Positions 22,996-32,286 of a stretch of 64,000 nucleotides of DNA are shown here, in pieces. A program made the position numbers and the translations under genes. The DNA is from Spirochaetota bacterium (GTDB taxonomy: Bacteria > Spirochaetota > UBA12135 > COTS27 > CBDBHE01), in NCBI GenBank assembly GCA_965205605.1, contig CBDBHE010000007.1, forward strand, positions 608,001 through 672,000. The letters are read 5' to 3'. The notes beneath the pieces were generated by a model. The model saw only the letters and a list, made by a program, of their open reading frames with translations. It searched no databases and had not been told where the DNA came from. The stretch's first letter is position 1. Every line of letters starts with the position of its first letter.

Positions 22996-23730
22996 ATGAG
23001 ACTACAAAAATTTTTGAGGGATCAAGGAATCGCTTCTTTACGTAAGTGCGATGAGCTCATTCAAGAACAAAAAATATTTGTTAATGGAGCGGTTATTAAA
23101 GAGCCTACTTATTATTTAAATCCAACTGACACCGTCTCTTATAAAAATCAGTCTTTTATTTATGAAGAAAAAAAAACAAATCACATTTACCTTAAACTAC
23201 ATAAACCAAAGGGAGTGTTGTGTTCGCATACAGATGATTTTAAAAGAAAAACGATTTTTGATTTAATTGATAAAAAAAAATTTCATCGTTTGTTTTTTGC
23301 AGGAAGATTGGATTTGGATGCTAGAGGACTGGTGATTCTTTCTTCGAATGGTCTTTTTGTTCAGTATTTGTCCCATCCTTCTTGTAAACAAAAAAAAGAA
23401 TACATTGTTAAAACACAAAAAAAAATCGATGAGAGAAGATTAAGAGTTGCTTGTAGGGGCATTAAAATTGAACGACAACAGTATGCTTCTTTTTCATATA
23501 AGATCTTAGATACTTTTTCTTTTAAGATTTGGCTTCGAGAAGGAAAAAAAAGAGAAATTAAAGAAATTATTGCTTGGGCTGGAAATGAAGTTGTTGATCT
23601 AAAAAGATTGAGTGTGGGAGCTTACTTTTTGGGAAATTTACAAGAAAGACATTACGAATCTTTTTTACCTATAGAAAAAGATCAAGAGGAAATGAAAAAA
23701 TTGATGAGTTTAAAAAATGAAAAAAAATAA
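22996..23730 (+). CDS. RsuA/RluB family rRNA pseudouridine synthase
   Basis: S4 domain (RLQKFL..GIAS.R), HKPKG, catalytic GRLD, HPS, EGKKREIK. Confidence 0.9.
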   Translation: MRLQKFLRDQGIASLRKCDELIQEQKIFVNGAVIKEPTYYLNPTDTVSYKNQSFIYEEKKTNHIYLKLHKPKGVLCSHTDDFKRKTIFDLIDKKKFHRLFFAGRLDLDARGLVILSSNGLFVQYLSHPSCKQKKEYIVKTQKKIDERRLRVACRGIKIERQQYASFSYKILDTFSFKIWLREGKKREIKEIIAWAGNEVVDLKRLSVGAYFLGNLQERHYESFLPIEKDQEEMKKLMSLKNEKK

Positions 23731-24802
23731 TTTTGAAGAAATTTTAAAAAAGTCTCGAAATGAAATTGATTCGATAGATTTGAGTATTTTAAAGTTAATC
23801 CAAAAAAGAGTCAAAAAAGTTTTAGAAATAGGAGAGGTGAAACATCAAAATCACTTACCTGTTTATTACCCTAAAAGAGAGCAAAAAATTATTGAGCGTC
23901 TTATAAAAAATAATTTTAATTCTTCCTTTCCTAATGAATCCCTTGAAAGTATTTATCAAGAAATCATTAGTGCTTGTCGCTGTTTAGAATCTCCTCTTAA
24001 AGTTGGTTATTTAGGCCCTGAGGGATCTTATTGCAATCTAGCAGCTGCTGAGCAATTTGGAAAAAATGTGACTTTAACACCTTATCAAAATATTAAAGAT
24101 GTTTTTGAACAAGTCCAAAATAAACAAGAAAATTATGGTGTCGTTCCTATTGAAAACAGTAATGAAGGCATTGTAAGTCTGACTTTAGATTTATTTAGCG
24201 ACTATGAGGTACAAATTTTTTCTCAAAAATACTTATCAATTGAGCATTCTCTTTTATCAAAAACAAAAACCCTTTCTGAAATTACAGATATTTATACTCA
24301 TTCCCATGCGTTTGGTCAATGTCGATTGTGGCTTCAAAAAAACCTGCCGTCTATAAAATTTCATGAAACTACCTCCACTTCTTCCGCAGCAAAATTAGTT
24401 TCTAAAAAAATTAATGCTGCCGCCATTGCTTCACCAGTCAATGCCAAAATTTATCACCTTTATCTTTTAAAAAAAGGAATCCAAGATCATAAACAAAATG
24501 TCACTCGTTTTATTATTCTTTCAAAAAACAAATCTCCTTTGGAAGCTAAAGAAAGTTTGACCACTATTTTATTTGCTTTAAAAGATAGACCGGGAGCTCT
24601 TTTTGAAATTTTAAATATTTTGGCTAAAAAAAAGATTAATCTTTCTAGTATTACTTCAAGACCTTCAAAAAAACAACCTTTCCAATATTCTTTTTATATC
24701 GATTTACAAGGGCATATAAAACAACCTATGATTGCATCTGCTTTGGAGAAAATTAAAAAAAAATCGGTTTTTTTTAAACTTTTAGGATCATACCCTAAAT
24801 AA
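23717..24802 (+). CDS. pheA: Bifunctional chorismate mutase / prephenate dehydratase
   Basis: AroQ domain (RNEIDSID), YLGPEGSY, PIENSNEG, NVTRF, ACT domain (DRPGAL, SRPS, FYID, LGSYP). Confidence 0.95.
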   Translation: MKKNNFEEILKKSRNEIDSIDLSILKLIQKRVKKVLEIGEVKHQNHLPVYYPKREQKIIERLIKNNFNSSFPNESLESIYQEIISACRCLESPLKVGYLGPEGSYCNLAAAEQFGKNVTLTPYQNIKDVFEQVQNKQENYGVVPIENSNEGIVSLTLDLFSDYEVQIFSQKYLSIEHSLLSKTKTLSEITDIYTHSHAFGQCRLWLQKNLPSIKFHETTSTSSAAKLVSKKINAAAIASPVNAKIYHLYLLKKGIQDHKQNVTRFIILSKNKSPLEAKESLTTILFALKDRPGALFEILNILAKKKINLSSITSRPSKKQPFQYSFYIDLQGHIKQPMIASALEKIKKKSVFFKLLGSYPK

Positions 24803-24825
24803 ATGAATCTATAAAAACATTTTGA

Positions 24826-26187
24826 CTAGCGATCAAAACTAGAGAAAATTTGCAAACTATTTCGATATTTACTGACGGTTCTTCTTGCGACAGTGTAGCC
24901 TTTTTTCTTTAAAATTTCAGTAATATTTTGGTCACTTAATTTTTTTGTTGTTGAGTATTCTTCTAAAATAACTTTGATCATGTTTTTAATTTTATCCGCT
25001 GAGATAATTTGCTCTTTATGTTTGATACCGCTTGTAAAAAAAACTCTTAAATTTAAAAGACCCCATTTGGTTTGAACATATTTTTTATTGACAATACGAC
25101 TTAAAGTTCCTTGATTAATGCCTGTTTTTTCAGAAAGCTCTCTTAAGGTATAGGCTTTTAAATGCCCAAATCCTTTTTTCAAAAAAACATCTTGTTTTTT
25201 AATAAGATGAGTGAGAATTTTTTTAAGGTGGCTTTGGCGGTACTCGATACTTTCTAAAAGTTGATTGGCTTTGGTAGACTTTTCTTGTAAATAATTTTTC
25301 AATTCTTGATTTTTTTGTTGGTGAAGATATGGTTTATATTCTTGGTTGTAAGTCATTTTAGGAAAAAAATCATTATTAATTTTAACTTCAAATCCACTTT
25401 CTTTTTCTAAAATGTGGGCATCGGGGAGAATGTATTGAATTTGTTCTGTTTGATAGGGTCTAGAGGGTTTTGGCTCTAACATAGAAATATTTTTTAAAGC
25501 TTTTTTAACTCTTTGAAGGGAATGATTGGTTTTTTTGGCAATGGTTTCATATTTTTTTTTTTGAAGTAAATCAAAATATTCCTTAATGATTTGTTTTTCT
25601 AAGATGACGTGATCGGGCTTGAATTGAATTAATTGCACTAGGAGAGATTCTTGTAAGTTAGCACAAGCGATGCCTAAAGGAGAAAATTTTTTTATTTCTT
25701 CTAGTACGATTTTGACTAGGGATTCATGGGCTTTGGTTTGTTGGGCGATGAGAGGGATTTGAGTTGTGGGTAAATAGCCATCATTATTTAGAGAGCTAAT
25801 AATATATTCTCCAATGCTGTAATACTTTGATTTTTTGGGATAAACAATCCTTAGTTGCTCGATTAAATCATCACTTAAATATTTTTTTTCACTAACAGAT
25901 TGTTCAATAATATCGGTGGGACTGATGTAAGAAGTATTTTTTTTATAAGAAAGAAAATCTTCTTTATTGCTAAATTCTTTGTACTCAATAGTAGGGTTTT
26001 CATTAGAGTTAGAAGAAAGAGAGGGAGTGATTTCTTCGAGAAAAGGATTTTCTTCAAGTTCTTCAGAGATGTGTTGCAAAAGTTGGGGGAGGGGGTAGTG
26101 GACAATTTTTAAAGTTTGGATGAGCTGGGGAGTAATGGCAAATTTTTGAGCTTGCTTTTGTTGAATTGATAATTTTCCCTCTAGCAT
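24826..26187 (-). CDS. rpoN: RNA polymerase sigma-54 factor
   Basis: Gln/Leu-rich region I, ENPFLE, GYL, HTH (TLSR..NKKY), RpoN box ARRTVSKYR. Confidence 0.94.
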   Translation of the reverse strand: MLEGKLSIQQKQAQKFAITPQLIQTLKIVHYPLPQLLQHISEELEENPFLEEITPSLSSNSNENPTIEYKEFSNKEDFLSYKKNTSYISPTDIIEQSVSEKKYLSDDLIEQLRIVYPKKSKYYSIGEYIISSLNNDGYLPTTQIPLIAQQTKAHESLVKIVLEEIKKFSPLGIACANLQESLLVQLIQFKPDHVILEKQIIKEYFDLLQKKKYETIAKKTNHSLQRVKKALKNISMLEPKPSRPYQTEQIQYILPDAHILEKESGFEVKINNDFFPKMTYNQEYKPYLHQQKNQELKNYLQEKSTKANQLLESIEYRQSHLKKILTHLIKKQDVFLKKGFGHLKAYTLRELSEKTGINQGTLSRIVNKKYVQTKWGLLNLRVFFTSGIKHKEQIISADKIKNMIKVILEEYSTTKKLSDQNITEILKKKGYTVARRTVSKYRNSLQIFSSFDR

Positions 26188-26214
26188 TTATTTTTATTTG
26201 AAAAACACAATCGT

Positions 26215-26937
26215 TTAAAGTTTAAAATCTTCCCCTAGATAAATTTCTCTAGCTTTTTTACTTTTTATAAGTTCTTTTGCGGTGCCATGAATTAAAATTT
26301 TTCCATCAGAAATAATATAAGCTTTATCGACAATTTTTAGAGTTTCTCTGACATTATGATCTGTAATTAAAACCCCAATATTCATTTTTTTGATTTGCTG
26401 AATAATATTTTGAATGTCTTTAATCGCTAGTGGATCAACCCCTGCAAAAGGTTCATCTAAAAGGAGTATTTTAGGATCACAAGCGATGGCTCTGGCAATT
26501 TCGACTCTTCTTCTTTCGCCACCTGATAAGGTATGTCCTTTTTGTTTTCTAATATGTTGGACATTAAATTGCTTGAGTAAAGTAATACATCTTTTCTTTC
26601 TTTTAATGGCACTTTTTTCTTTAGGTTCTAAGACAGCTAAAATATTTTCTTCAACACTTAGCTTTCTAAAAATAGAAGCTTCCTGAGGTAAATAACCAAT
26701 GCCAATATTAGCACGTTTATACATGGGAAGAGAAGTAACGTTTTCATCTTGAAAATAAATATTGCCAGAATTGGGTTTTACAAGTCCTACAGTGATATAA
26801 AAAGTAGTCGTTTTTCCTGCCCCATTAGGACCAAGTAAGCCGATGATTTCTCCTTGAGTAATGTTAAAAGAAATATTATGAATAATGATTCTTTTATTAT
26901 AAGATTTTGAAATTTTATTTAAGATTAAAGTTTTCAT
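26215..26937 (-). CDS. lptB: LPS export ABC transporter ATPase LptB
   Basis: GPNGAGKTT, GYLPQEASIFRKL, LSGGERRRVEIAR, LLDEPFAGVDP, ITDHNVRETL, YLGEDFKL. Confidence 0.96.
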   Translation of the reverse strand: MKTLILNKISKSYNKRIIIHNISFNITQGEIIGLLGPNGAGKTTTFYITVGLVKPNSGNIYFQDENVTSLPMYKRANIGIGYLPQEASIFRKLSVEENILAVLEPKEKSAIKRKKRCITLLKQFNVQHIRKQKGHTLSGGERRRVEIARAIACDPKILLLDEPFAGVDPLAIKDIQNIIQQIKKMNIGVLITDHNVRETLKIVDKAYIISDGKILIHGTAKELIKSKKAREIYLGEDFKL

Positions 26938-26955
26938 CTTGTTTAAGCCTAGTTT

Positions 26956-28032
26956 TTATTGAGGGAAAACCCCTTCAATGGCGTTATTCATCTTAATATC
27001 TTTGCTTTTTAAATTGAAGGTGATATTTTCTGAAATAAACTTAGAACGGTCTTTTTTTAAATAAGCATCCCCATAGAGAATCGCTTCATCACTTTCGGTG
27101 TTATATAAAGCTAAAAGAGCAGAAGCAGTTACATCTTTTGTGGTGATTTTAACGTCTCCTTTAATATAGAGTAATTTTTCATCTTCAAATTTTTCTAATA
27201 GAGTGCCTTTAATGACTAAATTTTCTTTAGTGTTTTTAAAAACAGGGTTTTTTTTTGCAATCGTATACCCTTTATTGGGTAAATGTTTAATATAGTTTGC
27301 GAAAATAGTTGAAGTATCATTATAGTTAGAAATACTAGCATGATTATAAAAATGAAAAACTTCTTCTTTTGAATAAGTGTAATTTACCTTTTCTGCTTTA
27401 ATGAGAGAGTTTTCTTTTTGAGTTTTGTTATCTAACATATAAATTTTAACATCATCACTAAGCCATATCTCTTTTTTTTTAAAATGACATTGAATAAATT
27501 TTGAAGTGGTGTAAACATTAGTTCGTTTAATTTCGCAATCATTGGATAAAAGTAAAATAGAGTGATTTAAATAATAGGTTGCTTCATTACCATTGATTTC
27601 AAATGGATTTTTTGGAGGTAGAGAGGTAATTTTGACATTTGTATAAGCATATAATTTATTTTTTTTTAATTCTCCATAAAAAGCGTCAGCTTCAATAAGA
27701 AGATTTTCTTCTTCTTGTTTGATACTTGATCTTTTTTTAGACCAGATGAGCTCTTTTTTGTAGTTGTATTTTAAGTATTGTCCTTTATAAGAGAGTTTTT
27801 TTTTTTTATTTTGAAATTTTACGTTTCCTGTTGCGATGCTTATTTTTGCTTTCTCATCGATATCAATTTTATTAGCAAAGAGAGAACTGCTTTTGCTTTT
27901 TATTTTGGCATTTCCAATAAGAATAATTTTTTTTGTTTTTTGATTATATTTTACTTGATTGGCTTGGTAAGAGATTTTTTCAGCAAAAGTAAATAAGGAG
28001 ACAAAAAAAATAATAAACAAGTATTTTTTCAC
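26956..28032 (-). CDS. lptA: LptA/OstA-family beta-jellyroll protein (long form)
   Basis: Signal peptide and repeated OstA-like beta strands (A.GNV, Y.KGDV, LYGDA); lies between lptC and lptB; GTG start. Confidence 0.75.
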   Translation of the reverse strand: MKKYLFIIFFVSLFTFAEKISYQANQVKYNQKTKKIILIGNAKIKSKSSSLFANKIDIDEKAKISIATGNVKFQNKKKKLSYKGQYLKYNYKKELIWSKKRSSIKQEEENLLIEADAFYGELKKNKLYAYTNVKITSLPPKNPFEINGNEATYYLNHSILLLSNDCEIKRTNVYTTSKFIQCHFKKKEIWLSDDVKIYMLDNKTQKENSLIKAEKVNYTYSKEEVFHFYNHASISNYNDTSTIFANYIKHLPNKGYTIAKKNPVFKNTKENLVIKGTLLEKFEDEKLLYIKGDVKITTKDVTASALLALYNTESDEAILYGDAYLKKDRSKFISENITFNLKSKDIKMNNAIEGVFPQ

Positions 28033-28581
28033 TTATAACCTTTGCTTTACTCCTTTAACATTACTTAAAAAGGTAATATTTTGTAAATTTTTGTCTGATT
28101 GAAAGCCGATTCCTGAGATAACTTCGTTGTTAGGTTGTTTAATGGTTACACGAGTAGGGGAAGTTAATAACTGTTTTTCATGATCCCAAAAAAAATAATT
28201 TCCTTGAATAATTGTTTTTTTATTAGCGTGAGTGATGAGGACTTTATTACTCAAAATAATATTTTTAGTATTATTATCTAAATGACCGTATTCTGCTTTA
28301 ATTTGAGTTAAGACGTTGCCATTTTTATCGAGATGATTCATTTCGATAGAATTAAGAATGAGTAAGTTTTGTTTTTCAAAAATTTTGGCATTAATCCCTT
28401 TGAGTTGCCAGTTTTTAATGACACCGGTGTAAAGCTCTGTTTGAAAATTTTTAATAATGGCATCTTCGAAAGTGTTGGGATTAATTTTTTTCTTTTTTGC
28501 TATTTCAGGATTAAATTTAGAACATGAAATCACTAAGCATAAAGCTAATAAAAAGGAAATTTTTTTAAAAAAAGACATCAT
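28033..28581 (-). CDS. lptC: LPS export protein LptC
   Basis: Lipobox-like LVISC; W.L.G..A, I.AE.G, L..KV, I.G.GF.SD.NL pattern; synteny. Confidence 0.82.
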   Translation of the reverse strand: MMSFFKKISFLLALCLVISCSKFNPEIAKKKKINPNTFEDAIIKNFQTELYTGVIKNWQLKGINAKIFEKQNLLILNSIEMNHLDKNGNVLTQIKAEYGHLDNNTKNIILSNKVLITHANKKTIIQGNYFFWDHEKQLLTSPTRVTIKQPNNEVISGIGFQSDKNLQNITFLSNVKGVKQRL

Positions 28582-28707
28582 AACTCTTCTAATAATTATA
28601 CTCTGTTTTAAAATCTCTTTGATGAATTAATTTTCTAATGAGTTTTTCAAATGTTTTAAGTAACGGTTTTTCAATTTAATAAAAAAATTTTCAAAAAAAT
28701 TAAAAGT

Positions 28708-28736
28708 TTGATTAAAAAAGAGATGTATTTTACAAT
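28708..28736 (+). promoter_or_regulatory. sigma70-type promoter for rpsT-hup
   Basis: TTGATT (28708-28713), 17 bp, TACAAT (28731-28736). Confidence 0.6.
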
Positions 28737-28766
28737 AAGTAAAATTTTTAATTAAAAGAGAAATTA

Positions 28767-29063
28767 TTGCCAAATTTAAGATCAAATGCAAAAAGTGTTC
28801 GCAAAGATAAAAAAAAACGTCTTAAAAACCGAACGGTAAGATCTAAAATACATACGTTAGCAAAAAGAATTGATACACTGGCTAAAGAAAACAAACAAGA
28901 GGAAGCTGTTTTGATTTTAAATCAATATTATAAAGCCATTGATAAAGCGTCTTCAAAAGGTATTTTCAAAAAAAATAATGTTGGTAGAAAAAAATCTAGA
29001 ATGGCTAAGTTGATTTCTTCTGTAAAAGAAAATTTATCTAAAACTAAAAAACCAGCAACTTAA
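28767..29063 (+). CDS. rpsT: 30S ribosomal protein S20
   Basis: PNLRSNAK, N...RSKI.T, IDKA.SKGI..KN..GRKKSRM; TTG start. Confidence 0.93.
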   Translation: MPNLRSNAKSVRKDKKKRLKNRTVRSKIHTLAKRIDTLAKENKQEEAVLILNQYYKAIDKASSKGIFKKNNVGRKKSRMAKLISSVKENLSKTKKPAT

Positions 29064-29074
29064 ACGAGGAAAAT

Positions 29075-29344
29075 ATGAATTTAAAAGAACTTTCATCTGC
29101 TTTATGGGAAAAATTACCTTATAAAGAGAGTAAAAATAACACTGAAATTATGCTTAATGTTTTATTTGAAGTAATTTCGTCTACTTTGAAAAAAGGAGAA
29201 GAAGTTAAAGTAAAAGGGTTTGGTTCCTTTAAAGTAGTTACGGTTAAAGGTGGTATGAAGAAATTGCCTGGACAAACCGTTGCGAAAATGTATCCAGATA
29301 AACAAAAAGTTAAATTTATCCCTAGTTCAAACCTTAAATTTTAA
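29075..29344 (+). CDS. HU/IHF-family DNA-binding protein (Hbb-like), divergent
   Basis: MN..EL, L..GEEV.V.GFGSF, V.F.PS..LK; GAGG SD; follows rpsT. Confidence 0.85.
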   Translation: MNLKELSSALWEKLPYKESKNNTEIMLNVLFEVISSTLKKGEEVKVKGFGSFKVVTVKGGMKKLPGQTVAKMYPDKQKVKFIPSSNLKF

Positions 29345-29377
29345 ATAACTTTGTTTTAATTTTATAAATATTTCGCA

Positions 29378-29989
29378 ATGAGCTTCAAATTAATTGCGCT
29401 ATATCTTTTGCCTTTTATTACAGCAGGGGTCGGTTGGCTTACTAATTATATTGCTGTTAAAATGCTTTTTCGTCCCAGGAAGCCAATTTCTTTTTTCTTT
29501 TTTAAAGTTCAAGGTATTTTTCCTAAAAGGCAACTTGCTTTAAGTGAAAAATTAGGAGAGCTTGTTTCTAAAGAACTTTTTTCTATTGAAGATATCAAAA
29601 AAAATCTTGATCAAAGGGCCCTGCAGCATACTTTTTTAAAAGCAATTGAAGAAAGAATTGATTATTTTTTAGAGGTGCGCCTTAAAGAAGAAATGCCTCT
29701 TGCAACAATGTTTTTAAGCGATGACCTTAAAGGCAAGATTAAAGCCACGTTAATAAATGAAGTCAAACTTTTTTTGCCTGAGATGTTTGAAAAACTTCTT
29801 TTAGGGTTAGAAGAAAAAATTGATATTAAGCAAATTGTTTATGAAAAAGTTCGAAATTTTTCTATTGATAAATTAGAAGATATCCTTTTATCTATTATGA
29901 AAAAAGAGTTTCGCTTTATAGAGCTTATAGGGGCTTTTTTAGGCTTTATTATAGGGCTTTTTCAGGTATCACTTTTTTTTTACTTTTAA
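29378..29989 (+). CDS. DUF445 family membrane protein
   Basis: GWLTNYIAVKMLFRP, QGIFPKR, EFRFIELIGAFLGFIIG. Confidence 0.85.
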   Translation: MSFKLIALYLLPFITAGVGWLTNYIAVKMLFRPRKPISFFFFKVQGIFPKRQLALSEKLGELVSKELFSIEDIKKNLDQRALQHTFLKAIEERIDYFLEVRLKEEMPLATMFLSDDLKGKIKATLINEVKLFLPEMFEKLLLGLEEKIDIKQIVYEKVRNFSIDKLEDILLSIMKKEFRFIELIGAFLGFIIGLFQVSLFFYF

Positions 29990-30579
29990 ATAATTTTGTT
30001 TAAAAAGGCATCTATTTTTTTATAAAGAATTTGGATAGTGTCGTTATTAAAAATTTTAAAGTCAGAAAATGCAATTGGACCTCCTTTTGCCAAGTTTTCG
30101 ATTTCGCTAATGTCTCTTTTTTTTGCTTTTTTATTATCTAAAGGCCTTTCTTTTCTTATCGCTAGTCTTTTGTAACGAAGTTTTTTATCTGTAAAAATTT
30201 CAATTAAATAAATTTTATTTTTTAATTTTTTTTCTAAAAAAGAATATTCTTGCCAGCTATAAAGTCCATCAATGTAAATAATAGAATGGTTTTTTAACAA
30301 TTTTTTTATCTTTTGAAAAGAGATTTTTGCAAAAGCAGCCATTCCATATTGTTTTCTTAATTTTTCTCTAACGATTTTTTCATTTTTACTATTTAAAGGG
30401 ATGTTATTTTTTTTTAAATCGTCTAAAACTATTTTTCCAAAATAAATACCCGTATAACCTTTTTGTTGAAGGTACTTGGAAACAGATGACTTACCACAAC
30501 CACACATGCCGACTAAAGCAATAATTTGAGCTGAAGAGTGATTAGTTTTTTGGGATGGGAAGGTCTTTGGTAATGGCAT
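29986..30579 (-). CDS. P-loop nucleotide kinase, UPF0200 / archaeal-type dephospho-CoA-kinase-like
   Basis: VGMCGCGKS, FG.IV, RE.LRKQYGMAAFA, IDGLYSWQE, RYKRL..R..RPL, RD.SEIENL.KGGPIA. Nearest ATG (30579) overlaps the pgm 3' end. Confidence 0.8.
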   Translation of the reverse strand: MPLPKTFPSQKTNHSSAQIIALVGMCGCGKSSVSKYLQQKGYTGIYFGKIVLDDLKKNNIPLNSKNEKIVREKLRKQYGMAAFAKISFQKIKKLLKNHSIIYIDGLYSWQEYSFLEKKLKNKIYLIEIFTDKKLRYKRLAIRKERPLDNKKAKKRDISEIENLAKGGPIAFSDFKIFNNDTIQILYKKIDAFLNKII

Positions 30580-32281
30580 TAATTTTTTGGGTAAGATTTT
30601 TAGTGACAATGTTATATTGGTTGGGATTTGTTAAGGGTGCTTTTACGCTAATATAAAATTTAATCTTTGGTTCGGTTCCTGATGGACGGACACTAACGAT
30701 TGATTCGTCTTCTAATATAAATTGCATCACATTTGATTTTGGTAAATCAATAGGTGTTTTTTTTTTTGTTATCAAGTGATAACTTTCTTTTTTTAAATAA
30801 TCTTTAATGATCACAACGGGAATCTCATTAAAGGTTTTAATTGGATTTTCTCGAATTGATTTCATTTTTTCTTGAATCAAATGAAGTCCATCGATTCCTT
30901 TTAAAGTAATAGGGATGAGGGTTTCTAAGTAATAATCATATTTTTGGTAGATTTCTAAAAGCAAGCCAAAAAGGGTTTTGTTATTTTCTTTTGCCCAACA
31001 AACGATTTCACTAATGACACAACAAGCTCCCACAGCATCTTTATCTCTTACAAAATCATCGATCAAATATCCGTGGCTTTCTTCAGCTCCCATAATAAAT
31101 TGGTGAGTATTTTCTCTTTTTTTAATCATATCTGCAATGTATTTAAACCCTGTTAAAACACGGACGATTTCGACATTAAAGCTTTTAGCGATTTGTTGTA
31201 TTAAATTAGTGGTCACAATTGTATTAACAAGATATTGTTTTCCATTTAAATCGTTTTTTTCTTTAAAAATAGAAAGTAAGTAATAAGTCATAATACAAGC
31301 AATTTGATTTCCATTTAATAACTTGTAATTTTGATTTAAATCTTTTGTCACAACACCCATGCGGTCGGTATCAGGATCAGTTGCTAAAATAAGGTCAGGG
31401 TTTTCAGATTTTGCTTGTTTGATGGCCTCTTCTAAAGCGAAGATTTCTTCAGGATTAAGGGATTTTGCATTTGGAAAGTTTCCATCACTTGCTTCTTGAC
31501 TTTTCACAATTGAAATATTTTCAAATCCAATTTTTTTTAGACAAACAGGCACGATTTTAATGCCTGTGCCATGAAGGGGGGTATAGAGAATTTTTAAATC
31601 TTTGTGTTTTTTAATGAGGTCAGGTAATAAAGGAAGACTAGCAATTTTTTCAAAATAGATCGCATCTTCTTTTTCCCCGATAGTTTCAATGAGTTGTGCT
31701 TGAGGGTTTTTTTTGACTTTAGAAAAATGATTGACCGCTTTAATTGCTTGAATCATTTTTTGATCATGGGGAGAAATAATTTGAGCACCGTCTTCCCAGT
31801 AAATTTTATAACCATTATATTCTTTGGGATTGTGACTAGCGGTGATGACAACCCCTGCTTTACATTTAAAATGTCGGACTATAAAAGAAAGCTCAGGGGT
31901 GGGTCTTGGAGAAGAAAATAAATAAACTTTAATCCCGTTTGCTGATAAAACTTCAGCTGTTTTTTTAGAAAAAAGAAGACTATTGTTTCGGCTATCATAA
32001 GCGATGGCTATTTTTATCATTGGTAAATCACCAAATGTTTTGATCAAATAATTTGCTAGCCCCTGAGTTGTCATTGCAATGGTGTAGACGTTCATTCGAT
32101 TGGAGCCTACTCCCATAATGCCTCTTAGCCCTCCTGTACCAAATTCCAGATCTTTATGAAAGGCTTCGGTGAGGGGTTTTCCATTTTCTTCTATGAGTCT
32201 TTTTACTTCTTTTTTTGTGGCTTGATCATAGAGATCATTAAGCCAAGTGTTTGCTTTTTTAATGATTTGTTCGTTTGTCAT
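30542..32281 (-). CDS. pgm: Phosphoglucomutase/phosphomannomutase
   Basis: FGTGGLRG, ITASHNP, DPDTDR, EESHGY, RDKD, RPSGTEPKIKFY. Confidence 0.93.
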   Translation of the reverse strand: MTNEQIIKKANTWLNDLYDQATKKEVKRLIEENGKPLTEAFHKDLEFGTGGLRGIMGVGSNRMNVYTIAMTTQGLANYLIKTFGDLPMIKIAIAYDSRNNSLLFSKKTAEVLSANGIKVYLFSSPRPTPELSFIVRHFKCKAGVVITASHNPKEYNGYKIYWEDGAQIISPHDQKMIQAIKAVNHFSKVKKNPQAQLIETIGEKEDAIYFEKIASLPLLPDLIKKHKDLKILYTPLHGTGIKIVPVCLKKIGFENISIVKSQEASDGNFPNAKSLNPEEIFALEEAIKQAKSENPDLILATDPDTDRMGVVTKDLNQNYKLLNGNQIACIMTYYLLSIFKEKNDLNGKQYLVNTIVTTNLIQQIAKSFNVEIVRVLTGFKYIADMIKKRENTHQFIMGAEESHGYLIDDFVRDKDAVGACCVISEIVCWAKENNKTLFGLLLEIYQKYDYYLETLIPITLKGIDGLHLIQEKMKSIRENPIKTFNEIPVVIIKDYLKKESYHLITKKKTPIDLPKSNVMQFILEDESIVSVRPSGTEPKIKFYISVKAPLTNPNQYNIVTKNLTQKINAITKDLPIPKN

Positions 32282-32286
32282 TTTTT

